From the sequence record SRR20825019_2721: a stretch of 54,005 bases of DNA, one strand, 5' to 3'. Below the pieces are notes generated by a model. That model was not told the origin of the DNA. It did not search any database and was given only the letters and a program-made list of their open reading frames with translations. This document shows, piece after piece, positions 8,755-19,347 of this stretch. Made by a program: the position numbers and the translations under genes. Position 1 is the first letter of the stretch. Each line of letters starts with the position of its first letter.

Positions 8755-9363
8755 TCAGGCGGTGGCTTCCTCGAACATGTGCTCGACATGTTCCCAGTTC
8801 ACCAGGTTGTCGAACCAGGCCTCGAGATATTTCGGGCGGGCATTGCGGTAGTCGATGTAATAGGAGTGTTCCCACACATCCACGCCCAGGATCGGGTGAC
8901 CGCCATGAACCAGCGGCGACTCGCCATTGGCGGTCTTGGACACTTCAAGCTTGCCGTTCTTGACCGCGATCCAGGCCCAGCCCGAACCGAACTGGGTGGT
9001 GCCGGCGGCGATGAAGTCGGCGCGCAGCTTGTCAAAACCGCCAAGGTCGCTGTCGACCGCAGCCTGCAGCTTGCCCGGCAGCTTGGTGCCGCCGCCATTG
9101 GGCTTCATCCAGTTCCAGAAATGCACGTGGTTGTAATGCTGGCCGGCATTGTTGAACAGGCCGGCATTCTTGCCGAAGCTCTCCTTGACGATGTCCTCGA
9201 GCGGCAGGATTTCCAGGCCCGAACCTTCCAGCAGCTTTTCACCATTGGTCACATAGGCCTGGTGGTGCTTGTCGTGATGGAACTCGAGTGTCTCGGCAGA
9301 CATGTAGGGTCCCAATGCATCATAGGCATAGGGCAGGGGCGGCAGGGTGAACTTGGTGGTCAT
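8755..9363 (-). CDS. sodB: Fe/Mn superoxide dismutase, Fe-type signature
   Basis: HHDKHH, NNAGQHYNH, TQFGSGW, DVWEHSYY. Confidence 0.95.
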   Translation of the reverse strand: MTTKFTLPPLPYAYDALGPYMSAETLEFHHDKHHQAYVTNGEKLLEGSGLEILPLEDIVKESFGKNAGLFNNAGQHYNHVHFWNWMKPNGGGTKLPGKLQAAVDSDLGGFDKLRADFIAAGTTQFGSGWAWIAVKNGKLEVSKTANGESPLVHGGHPILGVDVWEHSYYIDYRNARPKYLEAWFDNLVNWEHVEHMFEEATA

Positions 9364-9463
9364 GATAGCCTCCGTTGAATTGAACTGGATGACGCTGGCG
9401 CGAGCCGGAATTCGGTCCGAGTTATAGGCAGATGTGTGCGGCGCAACAATGTCGCGCCGGCAA

Positions 9464-11542
9464 CTAAACGTCCAATCCGGCTGACTTTATTGCAAAAGCG
9501 TAGCACTGGGCGGTTTCCTTGAGTCGATCAAAGCGACCGGACGCACCCGCATGGCCGGCGCTCATATTGGTCTTGAGATACAATGGTGCGTCCCCGCTCT
9601 TGGTTGCCCGAAGTTTTGCCACCCATTTGGCCGGCTCCCAATAGGTCACCCGCGGATCGGTCAGACCGGCCAGCGCAAAGATCGGCGGATAGGCCTGCGC
9701 AGAGACGGCTTCATAGGGCGCATAGGCCGCGATGCGGGCATAGTCCTCCGCGCTGGTAATGGGATTGCCCCATTCGGGCCATTCGGGCGGCGTCAGGGGC
9801 AGGGTATCGTCGAGCATGGTGTTGAGCACGTCGACAAACGGCACCTGGGCGATGATCCCGCCCCAGAGGTCGGGCCTCAGATTGGCAATGGCGCCCATCA
9901 GCATGCCGCCCGCCGAGCCGCCCTGGGCGATGATCTTTCCCTTCTGCGTGTAGCCGGTCTCGATCAGCATCTCGGCGGCGGCGATGAAATCGGTAAAGGT
10001 GTTGGTCTTGTGCTCGCGCCGGCCCTGCTTGTACCAGCGATAGCCCTTGTCCATGCCGCCGCGAATATGGGCAATCGCATAGACAAAGCCCCGATCGACC
10101 AGTGACAGGACCGAGACCGAGAAACTGGCGGGCATCGACATGCCATAGGAGCCGTAGCCATAGAGCAGGGTGGGGTTGGACCCATCGAGCGTTGTGCCCT
10201 TGCGGTAGAGCAGGGTCACCGGCACCTGTTCGCCATCACTGGCCGTGGCGAACAGACGTTTGGTTTCATAATCGGCAGGATCGTGGCCCGAAGGCACTTC
10301 CTGGGTCTTGAGCAGGGTCCGCGCGCCGGTTTCGAGATCGACATCGAACACCTGGCTGGGCGTGGTCGGCGACGAATAGGTCAGCCGGAACACACTGGTG
10401 TCGAATTCGTAACCGGTCGACATGCCCAGTGCATAGGCTTCTTCCTCAAAGCCGACGATCTCCTCCCTGCCCGTGCGCAGGTCGCGCGCGACGATGCGCG
10501 GCAAGCCGTCTTCGCGTTCGAGGCGGAGCAGATGATTGGACAGCACCGCGATATCGAGGATCAGCACGCCCTCGCGATGCGGGACGAGATCGGTCCAGTT
10601 CTCGGCGGCGGGATTGTCGGCCGGGGCGGTGACGATTTTGTAGTCCTCCGCGCCATCGGCATTGGTACGCAAATAGAGCAGGCCGCCACGCTCTTCGAGC
10701 TCATATTCCCGATCCGTAACGCGCGGCGCGACCAGGCGTGGCTCGCCACCCTGTTCAGCATCGATCAGCCAGACTTCGCTGGTCTGGTGGTCATGCGCGT
10801 CGATGACGATGAACTTGTCCGAAAGCGTCTTGCCCACGCCGACAAAGAAGCCGGGATCCTTTTCTTCATAGACGATGGGGTCCTCGGCCTGCGCCGTGCC
10901 CAGCCTGTGGTGGCGCACGCGGAACGGACGATGATTGTCGTCATATTCGGTATAGTAGAAGGACCGGCCATCGGCGGACCATACAGTGTTGCCCGCCGTA
11001 TCCTTGATCGTTTCGAGGTCCTTGCCGCTGGCCAGCTCGCGCACCACGATATCGAAGTATTCAGAACCGGCCCGGTCGGCGGCCCAGGTCATGTAGCTGT
11101 GGGACGGGTCATGCCCGGCACCGGCAAAACCGAAATAACCATCTCCCGCCTCCACATTGCAATCGAGCAGCACGGTTTCTTCGCCGCCTTCGCGCGGCGT
11201 GCGGACGATAAGGGGATATTGCTTCCCCTCCAGCATCCGCGTGTTGTAGGCCCACGCGCCATCGGGCGAGGGAACGCCGCTGTCATCCTCTTTGATGCGA
11301 CCGCGAATCTCCTTGTAGATCCTGTCCTGCAGGTCAGCGGTCGGTTGGCCAAATTCGGTTTCGTAATAGTCGTTCTCGGCCTCGAGATAGGCGCGGATAT
11401 CCCGATCGAGCGTTTCGGGCTTCTGCATCACCTCCTGCCAGTTGTCGGCGCGCAGCCACGCATAGGGGTCATCGCGGGTGATGGTATGATGCGTGTGGGC
11501 GTGAGGAATGCGCCTGGCAATTGGCGGGGTGGCCTTGGTCAT
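9464..11542 (-). CDS. ptrB: Oligopeptidase B (S9A)
   Basis: DDPYAWLR, GGSAGG nucleophile motif, DPRVTYWEPAKW, AGHAGASG; SD GGAGA before ATG 11542. Confidence 0.92.
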   Translation of the reverse strand: MTKATPPIARRIPHAHTHHTITRDDPYAWLRADNWQEVMQKPETLDRDIRAYLEAENDYYETEFGQPTADLQDRIYKEIRGRIKEDDSGVPSPDGAWAYNTRMLEGKQYPLIVRTPREGGEETVLLDCNVEAGDGYFGFAGAGHDPSHSYMTWAADRAGSEYFDIVVRELASGKDLETIKDTAGNTVWSADGRSFYYTEYDDNHRPFRVRHHRLGTAQAEDPIVYEEKDPGFFVGVGKTLSDKFIVIDAHDHQTSEVWLIDAEQGGEPRLVAPRVTDREYELEERGGLLYLRTNADGAEDYKIVTAPADNPAAENWTDLVPHREGVLILDIAVLSNHLLRLEREDGLPRIVARDLRTGREEIVGFEEEAYALGMSTGYEFDTSVFRLTYSSPTTPSQVFDVDLETGARTLLKTQEVPSGHDPADYETKRLFATASDGEQVPVTLLYRKGTTLDGSNPTLLYGYGSYGMSMPASFSVSVLSLVDRGFVYAIAHIRGGMDKGYRWYKQGRREHKTNTFTDFIAAAEMLIETGYTQKGKIIAQGGSAGGMLMGAIANLRPDLWGGIIAQVPFVDVLNTMLDDTLPLTPPEWPEWGNPITSAEDYARIAAYAPYEAVSAQAYPPIFALAGLTDPRVTYWEPAKWVAKLRATKSGDAPLYLKTNMSAGHAGASGRFDRLKETAQCYAFAIKSAGLDV

Positions 11543-11755
11543 GGTGTCTCCGGACGAGTGGGCGGCAGGCTGCCACAAGAACTTGCCAGAGGACATAGGC
11601 CGCTCGACCCGGCTTTGCCACCCCCGCAAGAGATCGAAAACTGTTGGCCCTTTGGTCGCACCCTCACCGATTCCGCTTGTTCCACGGGCCTCAATCAGTA
11701 AGGTCGCAAGCCAAATCCATCGGAATCGCGCTTTGGCGAGAAAGGAGTGGCAGCA

Positions 11756-14176
11756 TTGGGGTCGTCATTTGAGGCAGGCATAGGTCTTGCTGCCGTTGCA
11801 CCCTTCGTGGCTGCCATTCTGGCACCGTATATCCAGCGTTTCGCCGGCGCATATGCAGGATGGATTCTGGCGATCATTCCGGCCAGCATCTTCATTTACC
11901 TGCTTGGGTTCGCCGGTACCGTCATCCAGGGCGAAACGGTTTCAAGTGTCCTTGAGTGGATTCCGGCCTACGGCATCAACCTCTCCTTTCTGGTCGATGG
12001 CCTCAGCCTGATCTTTGCGCTGACCATTTCAGGCGTCGGCACGCTGATCATTCTCTATTCCGGGGCCTATCTGGCGGGGCATCATCATCAGGGCCGGTTC
12101 CTGGGCTATATGCTGGCCTTCATGGGCGCCATGCTCGGACTGGTGCTGGCCGACAGCCTGCTTTCCCTGTTCCTGTTCTGGGAATTGACCTCGGTCACCT
12201 CCTTCCTGCTGATCGGCTTTGACCACTCGCGCCAGGCGGCACGCCGTGGCGCCATCCAGGCGCTGGTCATTACCAATATCGGCGGCATGTTCCTGCTCGC
12301 CGGTGCCATCCTGGTCTATCAGCTCGCCGGGACTTGGGAGATGAGCGCCGTGCGCGGAATGGGCGAGGTGCTGCGCGGCAACGCGCTTTATCTGCTGGTC
12401 CTGATCTGCTTCCTCGGCGCCGCCTTCACCAAATCGGCGCAGTTCCCGCTGCATTTCTGGTTGCCCAACGCCATGGAGGCCCCGACCCCGGTTTCGGCCT
12501 TTCTGCATTCGGCCACCATGGTGCAGGCCGGCGTCTATCTGCTGGCGCGCATGACGCCCTCGCTCGGCGGCACGGATGTCTGGACCAATACGCTGGTAAT
12601 CTTTGGCGGTATCACGCTGATCTGGGGGTCGCTCGGCGCGCTCAAGCAGACCGATCTCAAGCAGATCCTGGCGCAGTCCACGATCGCTTCGCTTGGCCTC
12701 TTGGTCCTGCTGATCGGGTTGGGGAGTGACTACGCGATTTCCGCCATGGTGGTCTATTTCGTGGCGCACGCCTTCTACAAGGCGGGCCTCTTCATGGTGG
12801 CCGGCGCCATCGACCACGAGGCCGGAACCCGGGAAATCACTGCGCTGGGCGGACTGGCGGACAAGATGCCGGTCACGTTTATCGGTGCGGCACTGGCCTC
12901 GCTCTCCATGGTCGGCCTGCCGCTGACCATTGGCTATTTCGCCAAGGAAGAGATGTATCTGGGGCTGATGAGCGGTGAATGGACTGCCATCCTGGTGATG
13001 ATCGTGCTGATCGCGGGCAATGCCATGTTGGCCGGTGTGGCCCTGTTGGTGATGATCCGCCCGTTCCTCGGCGAAGCTGTGGCGACACCCAAGAAGCCGC
13101 ATGAAGCGCCAATTGCCATGCTGGCCGGGCCTATCCTGCTCGGTGCCGGTGGCATTATTGCTGGTATCCTGCCCGATTGGCTCGGGCATGACGTGCTGGT
13201 GCCCGGGGCTTCGGCTATTCTGGGGCGCTCTGTGGAAAGCCATCTGACGCTGGCGCTGGATTTCACCAGCCTGCTGCTCTGGCTGTCCGCCCTGACCTGG
13301 CTTTTGGGCGTTCTGGTCTATCGCCAGGCCGACACCATCCGCACGCTGCTGCGCCGTTTCGACAAGGCCATTGGCTGGACGGCCGACACGGTGTTCGACA
13401 TCGTCATGTTCAGCCTGATCCGTTTTTCGGGGGCGCTGACCCGCTTCCTGCATCACGGTCAGCTTGAATTCTATCTCGTGATCGTCTTTGCCGCCCTGGC
13501 CGCTGCTCTGTTCGGCCCCATGCTGGTCTGGGGTGGCCTCGATTGGCTCGAACCGACCGCCGAACTGGGCGATTGGAGCCAGCGCCTGGTTCTGCCTGCC
13601 CTGGCCCCTTATGAATGGGGCGTGCTGGCACTGGCGGTCCTGGGACTGATTGCTGTGCTGATTGCCCAATCGCGTCTGGTGGCGATCCTCTCGCTTGGCG
13701 TGCAGGGCACCGCAGTCGCTTTGATCTTCCTGCTCTTTGGCGCGCCGGACCTGGCTTTTACCCAGCTCATGGTGGAAATTCTCTCGGTGGTCATCCTGAC
13801 CTTCGTGATGACCCGCCTGCGGCTCGACCAGCGCGACCACCGGCCCTTCGAGGACTGGGCGCGCGATGGCACGCTGGCGATCGTCTGCGGCCTTGGCGTC
13901 AGCCTGCTCCTGATGCTGGTGCTCAATGGGACGCTCGACACGCGCCTGTCTGATTTCTTCACTGCGACCAGCGTGCCGATTGCCCATGGCCACAACATCG
14001 TCAACGTGATCCTCGTGGATTACCGCGGTTTCGATACTCTGGGTGAAATTGCCGTGGTCATGGGTGCCGGCATGGCGGTCCTCGCCCTGTTGCGGCGCCA
14101 GAAGAAACCGGCCCCGGCACCATCGGAACCGGCCAAGCCCAAGCGGACCCGCAAATCCAGGAAGGCCGCATCATGA
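11756..14176 (+). CDS. mrpA: Mrp Na+/H+ antiporter subunit A
   Basis: [59 protein letters not shown] 11756 chosen for SD spacing; the ORF is open from GTG 11747. Confidence 0.93.
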   Translation: MGSSFEAGIGLAAVAPFVAAILAPYIQRFAGAYAGWILAIIPASIFIYLLGFAGTVIQGETVSSVLEWIPAYGINLSFLVDGLSLIFALTISGVGTLIILYSGAYLAGHHHQGRFLGYMLAFMGAMLGLVLADSLLSLFLFWELTSVTSFLLIGFDHSRQAARRGAIQALVITNIGGMFLLAGAILVYQLAGTWEMSAVRGMGEVLRGNALYLLVLICFLGAAFTKSAQFPLHFWLPNAMEAPTPVSAFLHSATMVQAGVYLLARMTPSLGGTDVWTNTLVIFGGITLIWGSLGALKQTDLKQILAQSTIASLGLLVLLIGLGSDYAISAMVVYFVAHAFYKAGLFMVAGAIDHEAGTREITALGGLADKMPVTFIGAALASLSMVGLPLTIGYFAKEEMYLGLMSGEWTAILVMIVLIAGNAMLAGVALLVMIRPFLGEAVATPKKPHEAPIAMLAGPILLGAGGIIAGILPDWLGHDVLVPGASAILGRSVESHLTLALDFTSLLLWLSALTWLLGVLVYRQADTIRTLLRRFDKAIGWTADTVFDIVMFSLIRFSGALTRFLHHGQLEFYLVIVFAALAAALFGPMLVWGGLDWLEPTAELGDWSQRLVLPALAPYEWGVLALAVLGLIAVLIAQSRLVAILSLGVQGTAVALIFLLFGAPDLAFTQLMVEILSVVILTFVMTRLRLDQRDHRPFEDWARDGTLAIVCGLGVSLLLMLVLNGTLDTRLSDFFTATSVPIAHGHNIVNVILVDYRGFDTLGEIAVVMGAGMAVLALLRRQKKPAPAPSEPAKPKRTRKSRKAAS

Positions 14177-14598
14177 ACACGGTCATCTTCCGCACCCTGG
14201 CCCCCTTGATCGTGGCGATCATGCTCGTGTTCTCGGTCTATGTGACGCTGCGCGGGCACAATGAACCGGGCGGTGGCTTCATCGGCGGGCTGATCGCGGC
14301 TGCATCCATTGCTGTGTTCGGCATGGCCGCAGGCGTCCGCGCGGTGCGCAGCGCCTTGCGCTTTGATCCGATGGCGATTGCCGGTTTCGGTGTCGTGCTG
14401 GCTGGCCTTTCCGGCCTGGCCAGCCTGCTCACGAGTTCGCCCTTCATGACCAGCATCTGGCTCTATCTGGAGTTTGGCTCCAGCATCATACCGCTGTCGA
14501 CGCCGCTGTTCTTCGATCTGGGCGTATATTGCGTCGTGTTCGGTACCCTGTCGGCCATTGCCCTGTCGCTTGAAAGCGACCGCGAAGAGGATCTTTGA
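14173..14598 (+). CDS. mrpB: Mrp antiporter subunit B
   Basis: [23 protein letters not shown] overlap with mrpA. Confidence 0.92.
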   Translation: MNTVIFRTLAPLIVAIMLVFSVYVTLRGHNEPGGGFIGGLIAAASIAVFGMAAGVRAVRSALRFDPMAIAGFGVVLAGLSGLASLLTSSPFMTSIWLYLEFGSSIIPLSTPLFFDLGVYCVVFGTLSAIALSLESDREEDL

Positions 14599-14599
14599 G

Positions 14600-14977
14600 A
14601 TGGAGTACATCCTCGCCGCCCTGGTGGGCCTGTTCATCACTATCGGGACCTATCTGCTGCTCTCGCGCTCGGTCATCCGCATGCTGATTGGCCTGACCAT
14701 CTTCAGCAATGGCGTGCTGCTGCTGATCTTTACGGCTGGCCGTCTGACCCAGGAAATCGCCCCCATCGTGCCCGACGGTCTTGAGGTGCCAGAAGGCGCC
14801 ATCGCCAATCCGCTGCCGCAGGCGTTGATCCTGACCGCCATCGTGATCGGCTTTTCGATGTTTGCCTTCCTGCTCGTCCTGGCGTTTCGCGCCTATCAGA
14901 GCCTGGACGCCGACAATACCGACACCATGCGCCTGGCCGAGCCCGACAATGCGCCCAACCCGCCGCTGAGCTACTGA
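14600..14977 (+). CDS. mrpC: Mrp antiporter subunit C
   Basis: NPLPQALILTAIVIGF. Confidence 0.92.
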   Translation: MEYILAALVGLFITIGTYLLLSRSVIRMLIGLTIFSNGVLLLIFTAGRLTQEIAPIVPDGLEVPEGAIANPLPQALILTAIVIGFSMFAFLLVLAFRAYQSLDADNTDTMRLAEPDNAPNPPLSY

Positions 14978-14981
14978 CCCC

Positions 14982-16589
14982 ATGGCCACTTCCACTCCGA
15001 CAACTGATCTGCCCCAGGCCATGATCGAGACGGTGATCCCGGCCTCCGACTGGGTCATTGTCCTGCCCATCGCCCTGGCCCTGATGGGGGCAGCGGGCCT
15101 GATGATGTTCCGCCGCAGCAATGGCACCCCGCTGATCGGCGCCGTGATCGTGGTTCTCGCCATTATTGCCTGCGAGATCGCGCTCTTGCTCGAGGTGCTG
15201 GCCAATGGGCCGGTCAGCATGACCATGGGACGCTGGCTGCCGCCCTTCGGTATCAGCCTGACCGCCGATATTTTCGGCGCGAGCTTTGCCCTGGCCGCCG
15301 CCGTCGTGACCCTGATCGTCCTCTTCTATGCCGAACTGGACAGGGCCGACGCGGACGCGCGCGATGCTTTCCACCCCATGGTTCTGCTGCTCCTGGCCGG
15401 TGTCACCGGGGCATTCCTCACTGGGGATTTGTTCAATCTCTATGTGTGGTTCGAGGTCATGCTGATCGCCTCGTTCGGGCTGATCGTGCAGGGTAACCGA
15501 CCCCTGCAGCTCGATGGTGCGGTCAAATACGGCTTCCTCAATTTCCTGGCGACGACCTTCTTCCTGATGTCCCTCGGCCTGCTTTACGGCCTGCTGGGCA
15601 CACTCAACATGGCCGACATCATGCGGGTCGCGAGTTCGGCAAATCCCGCGGCCATGGCCGGAGTGGCGGCGCTCTTGCTCCTGGCCTTCGGCATGAAGGC
15701 GGCGGCCTTCCCGGTCAATGCCTGGCTGCCCGCCTCCTATCACACCCCGCCCGCAGCCATATCGGCCCTGTTTGCGGGCCTGCTGACCAAGGTCGGCGCC
15801 TATGCCATGCTGCGCGCGCTTGTCGTTGTACTGCCCGCCAGCCGTGACATGCTCGAACCGGTGCTGGCGTGCATCGCCATCGGGACACTGTTGATTGCGC
15901 CGCTGGGCGCCATTGCCGAAACCAATCTGCGCCGTGCCATCGGCTTCGTGGTGATTGGCGGTATCGGGGCGGTGATCGCGGGTCTGTCCATGCCGAACCT
16001 GAATGGTGTGGCCGGGTCGGGTCTCTATATCTTCCATGCCATCCTGACCATGACCGCGCTCTATATGGTCGCCGGTCTGATCGAGAAGACCACCGGGCAA
16101 ACCGACACCCGGCAGATGGGCGGCCTCTATGCCGCCAATGCGCCGCTCTCCATTCTGTTCATCCTGCTGGTCCTGGCCTCTGCCGGCGTGCCGCCCTTCC
16201 TCGGCTTCTGGCCCAAGCTACTGCTGCTCGAAGCCGGCCTCGCAGAAGGCGTGACCGGCACGGCGCCCGGTTGGCTGGGTATCGCTATGGTCTTGGCATT
16301 ATTAATAAATGCCGTCCTGACGCTGATCGCCGGCACCCGCCTCTGGGCCCATGTTTTCTGGCGCTCGGGCCCCGAAGGGCAGGGCTCCGAACACGGTTCG
16401 ATGGAGCTCAAACCCTTTGACAAGCGCGGCCAATTGGCGCTCGGCGCGACAACCCTTCTGGTCGCCGGCATCGTGGTGGCCGGGCTCTGGCCGGGACCGT
16501 TGATGGAGGGTATCAGCGCGGGCGCCGCCGATATCGTTGATCCAGCACGTTATGTCGAGGCCACTGGTCTGGCGGGAGACGAGCTATGA
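14982..16589 (+). CDS. mrpD: Mrp antiporter subunit D
   Basis: TGDLFNLYVWFEVML, WLPASY, LLTKVG, GVPPFLGFWPK. Confidence 0.93.
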   Translation: MATSTPTTDLPQAMIETVIPASDWVIVLPIALALMGAAGLMMFRRSNGTPLIGAVIVVLAIIACEIALLLEVLANGPVSMTMGRWLPPFGISLTADIFGASFALAAAVVTLIVLFYAELDRADADARDAFHPMVLLLLAGVTGAFLTGDLFNLYVWFEVMLIASFGLIVQGNRPLQLDGAVKYGFLNFLATTFFLMSLGLLYGLLGTLNMADIMRVASSANPAAMAGVAALLLLAFGMKAAAFPVNAWLPASYHTPPAAISALFAGLLTKVGAYAMLRALVVVLPASRDMLEPVLACIAIGTLLIAPLGAIAETNLRRAIGFVVIGGIGAVIAGLSMPNLNGVAGSGLYIFHAILTMTALYMVAGLIEKTTGQTDTRQMGGLYAANAPLSILFILLVLASAGVPPFLGFWPKLLLLEAGLAEGVTGTAPGWLGIAMVLALLINAVLTLIAGTRLWAHVFWRSGPEGQGSEHGSMELKPFDKRGQLALGATTLLVAGIVVAGLWPGPLMEGISAGAADIVDPARYVEATGLAGDEL

Positions 16590-17065
16590 ACACGGTCTTT
16601 CTGGTAGTCGTTCTCGCCCTGGTCTGGGGCGGTATTTCCGGGAGCTTCTCCGGCCTCAATCTGCTCCTGGGCGGACTGGTCGGCGGCCTGGCCGTGCTGG
16701 TATTGCGCGAAGCCTTTGCCAGCCCCCGGGCCTTGCGGCGCATTCGGCGCATTATCTCGCTTGCCGCGCTGTTCCTCTATGAACTGGTCGTCAGTGCGGT
16801 ACGCGTGGCGATCGTCGTTGTGCGCCCCAATCTGTCCAGCGCAGTACGGCCCGCCATCATTGCGGTGCCGCTTACAGTAAAATCGGATGCCGAAATCACG
16901 CTTTTGGCGAACATGATCACGCTGACCCCGGGCACGCTCAGCGTCGATGTCGCGGCCGACAAATCGGTGCTCTATGTGCATGCCCTGAATATGACCGACA
17001 AGGAGGCCATGATCGCCGACATTGCCAATGGCTTTGAGAAAAAGATTCAGGAGGTGTTCGAATGA
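16586..17065 (+). CDS. mrpE: Mrp antiporter subunit E
   Basis: ANMITLTPGTL, LYVH. Confidence 0.92.
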   Translation: MNTVFLVVVLALVWGGISGSFSGLNLLLGGLVGGLAVLVLREAFASPRALRRIRRIISLAALFLYELVVSAVRVAIVVVRPNLSSAVRPAIIAVPLTVKSDAEITLLANMITLTPGTLSVDVAADKSVLYVHALNMTDKEAMIADIANGFEKKIQEVFE

Positions 17066-17370
17066 CCGCCGCACTCTTCATCGAGTGGACGACATTGATT
17101 TCGCTCGTCCTGCTGGCCGTGGCGCTTCTGGTCTCCCTGGTACGTATCGTGATTGGTCCATCCCTGTCCGATCGCGTGCTGGCGCTTGACCTGCTGGCTG
17201 TCGTCGCCATGGGTTTCGTCGGCGCTATTGCCGTCAGAACCGGACTTTGGCTCTACCTCGATATTGCGATCGCACTGGCCCTGCTGGGTTTTCTCGCCAC
17301 AGTGGCCCTGGCGCGCTACGTCCTGCTACGCGGCGCCCGGCAAAATCCGGCGCAGGGGGAGGGACGCTAA
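17062..17370 (+). CDS. mrpF: Mrp antiporter subunit F
   Basis: GPSLSDRVLALD, LGFLATVALARY. Confidence 0.92.
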   Translation: MTAALFIEWTTLISLVLLAVALLVSLVRIVIGPSLSDRVLALDLLAVVAMGFVGAIAVRTGLWLYLDIAIALALLGFLATVALARYVLLRGARQNPAQGEGR

Positions 17371-17708
17371 TGCTGGAGGGAATTGAACTCTATCTTGGGG
17401 GCACGCTGCTGGTGCTTGGCGCTGCATTCACACTGCTCGCCACGGTCGGCGTCGTGCGATTGCCTGACCTCTATACTCGCATGCACGCAGCGTCCAAGGC
17501 CGGTGCGGTCGGTGGCGGACTGATTCTTCTTGCCGTGGCCGTGTTGAGCCAAGACGCGGCGGTATCGGTGCGTGCCATTATTGGGGTCATGTTTGTCTTG
17601 CTGACCACACCTGTTTCAGCCCATCTATTGGCGCGTGCGAGTTATCTTACTGGATATCGTCCATGTAATGATACTGTTATCGATGACATAGCCCAAAGCA
17701 ACGAATAA
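17370..17708 (+). CDS. mrpG: Mrp antiporter subunit G
   Basis: RLPDLYTRMHAASK, TPVSAHLLARA; TAATG coupling to mrpF. Confidence 0.92.
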   Translation: MLEGIELYLGGTLLVLGAAFTLLATVGVVRLPDLYTRMHAASKAGAVGGGLILLAVAVLSQDAAVSVRAIIGVMFVLLTTPVSAHLLARASYLTGYRPCNDTVIDDIAQSNE

Positions 17709-17852
17709 TATTCGTTGCCTTATTTCCATTCCATATTACATGTTAAGCGTGGCTCTCGGGGGTTGCGCGGTCTAGTAAACGATCATATTAGATCAGTAAG
17801 GCTAGTAACTGCCCTTGTTGCGGCCCAATAAAAAAGTATGGAAGGTTGAAAG

Positions 17853-18275
17853 ATGAACGACGATACCGGCGCGTTCGCTGCAGTAGAGTCCGACCTGATC
17901 GAACTCAGCACAGAAATTGTTTCGGCGTATGTCAGCCACAACGCGGTCAGCCCTGGCGATCTGCCTAAGTTGATTGCAGAGGTCCATGGTGCCTTGCGCG
18001 CGCTGCAGGCCAACGAGAATCCGGCACCGGTCGAAGAGCTCAAGCCAGCAGTGCCGATCCGCAAGTCGGTGGCCAACGACTTCATCATCTGTCTCGAGGA
18101 TGGCAAGAAGTTCAAGTCGCTCAAGCGCCATCTGCGCACGCACTACAATCTGTCTCCGGAAGAATACCGTGAGAAGTGGGGTCTGCCCGCAGATTACCCG
18201 ATGGTCGCGCCCAGCTATTCGGCGACGCGCTCCAAGCTGGCCAAGGACAATGGCCTGGGCCGCAAGGCCGACTGA
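17853..18275 (+). CDS. mucR: Ros/MucR zinc-finger regulator
   Basis: IVSAYVS, PAVPIRKSV, ICLEDGKKFKSLKRHLRTH, WGLPADYPMVAP. Confidence 0.95.
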   Translation: MNDDTGAFAAVESDLIELSTEIVSAYVSHNAVSPGDLPKLIAEVHGALRALQANENPAPVEELKPAVPIRKSVANDFIICLEDGKKFKSLKRHLRTHYNLSPEEYREKWGLPADYPMVAPSYSATRSKLAKDNGLGRKAD

Positions 18276-18304
18276 TCAAGTCCACAAATTGACGCTGAAT
18301 TGCT

Positions 18305-18335
18305 ATGGCCGCCCCTGAGGCGGCCATTTGCTTTT
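18305..18335 (+). terminator. Intrinsic terminator after mucR
   Basis: ATGGCCGCC-CCTGA-GGCGGCCAT followed by TTGCTTTT. Confidence 0.7.
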
Positions 18336-18393
18336 GTGGCACTCTGAAGATTGTGAGCACCAACTTATCCCCGGGTAGTTGGCTTTGGTTAGA

Positions 18394-18415
18394 AAATAGG
18401 AATATCATCCTATTT
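18394..18415. promoter_or_regulatory. Palindromic operator upstream of gafY-like gene (RogA-type)
   Basis: AAATAGGA-ATATCA-TCCTATTT, perfect 8-bp arms; core GGAA-N4-ATCC. Confidence 0.55.
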
Positions 18416-18434
18416 CGGACGGAGCCACCTTCCC

Positions 18435-18794
18435 ATGGAACAATTGCATCATGAACATTCGGCACCTTTTCTCGCGGTGCGGCACACCCAAAGCGCTGTG
18501 CGTCACGCGGCAAATCTTGTTGCCCATCATGCAAGTGTCGACATCTCCATGATCTTTCACACCAGTCGGTGCGGCATCACGACAGCCCGAGCGCGCCAAC
18601 TGGCCATGTATCTGGCCCATGTCGTCCTCGGCGAAAGCCTGACAGACATTGGACTCGCCTTTGGTCGGGATAGGACAACGGTCTCGTATGCGTGCAATCT
18701 GATTGAGGACATGCGGGACGACGTCGCGTTCGATCGCGAAGTCACCGATCTCGAAATGCGGTTGCAGACCTCGGCGGGTCTGACTCATGCGTGA
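18435..18794 (+). CDS. gafY: Stand-alone DnaA domain IV-type HTH protein; GafY-like GTA activator
   Basis: ARARQLAMYLAH...SLTDIGLAFGRDRTTVSYAC matches the DnaA C-terminal HTH; overlaps the DUF6456 gene. Confidence 0.7.
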   Translation: MEQLHHEHSAPFLAVRHTQSAVRHAANLVAHHASVDISMIFHTSRCGITTARARQLAMYLAHVVLGESLTDIGLAFGRDRTTVSYACNLIEDMRDDVAFDREVTDLEMRLQTSAGLTHA

Positions 18795-19272
18795 ATTGCC
18801 CGAAGCCGTGACGCGCCTATTGGGATCGGGTGGGCAAGAGGGATATTTGGCCGCACACCACATTGAGGCAGCGCGATTGATCGCCAGGACATTTGAGCAA
18901 GCCATGCTGCGTCAGCGCGTGACCATGTCTTACGACCTGGTTCGCATTGGCCGGGAAGGAAATGGGCATGGGCAGGCCGAGTTGTCTGAAACTGTCGAAG
19001 ATGCTCGGCAAAGGCTGGCGCGTCTGGCCCACCGCATTCCGTCGGACTGCTGGGGCGTGCTGACCGACATCTGCGTCTATGACAAAGGCCTGCAGCAGAT
19101 CGAAACGGAACGCCGCTGGCCCCGGCGGAGTGCCAAACTGGTCTTGCGGATCGGTCTTGAGCAATTGGCCAGTTTGATGGGGCTGGACGCAGCGGCCAGG
19201 GGGCGGGAACGGTCTGGAGTGACGTCATGGTTGCCCGAACGCCCCGCCATGTTTCCTGAGCCCGAAAATTAA
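18787..19272 (+). CDS. gafZ: DUF6456 protein; GafZ-like GTA regulator
   Basis: RVTMSYD...DICVYDKGLQQIETERRWPRRSAKLVLRIGLEQLA, the DUF6456 C-terminal signature. Confidence 0.72.
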   Translation: MRELPEAVTRLLGSGGQEGYLAAHHIEAARLIARTFEQAMLRQRVTMSYDLVRIGREGNGHGQAELSETVEDARQRLARLAHRIPSDCWGVLTDICVYDKGLQQIETERRWPRRSAKLVLRIGLEQLASLMGLDAAARGRERSGVTSWLPERPAMFPEPEN

Positions 19273-19347
19273 CGATGTAATCTTTGGTAATGTTTGGGCG
19301 TGGCGCCGACGTGATATTGACTGCGATCTCTGTGGGGGCACAGTCCC

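Noticed and set aside
12029-13993. 654-aa antisense ORF, and similar ones such as 5408-6523, 10283-11701, 35073-36650 and 37811-39202
   Set aside because: Shadow frames opposite well-supported genes in high-GC DNA; no recognisable motifs.
18435-18794. Truncated dnaA pseudogene or replication origin
   Set aside because: Only domain IV is present, with no AAA+ remnants and no DnaA-box cluster; pairing with DUF6456 fits GafY.
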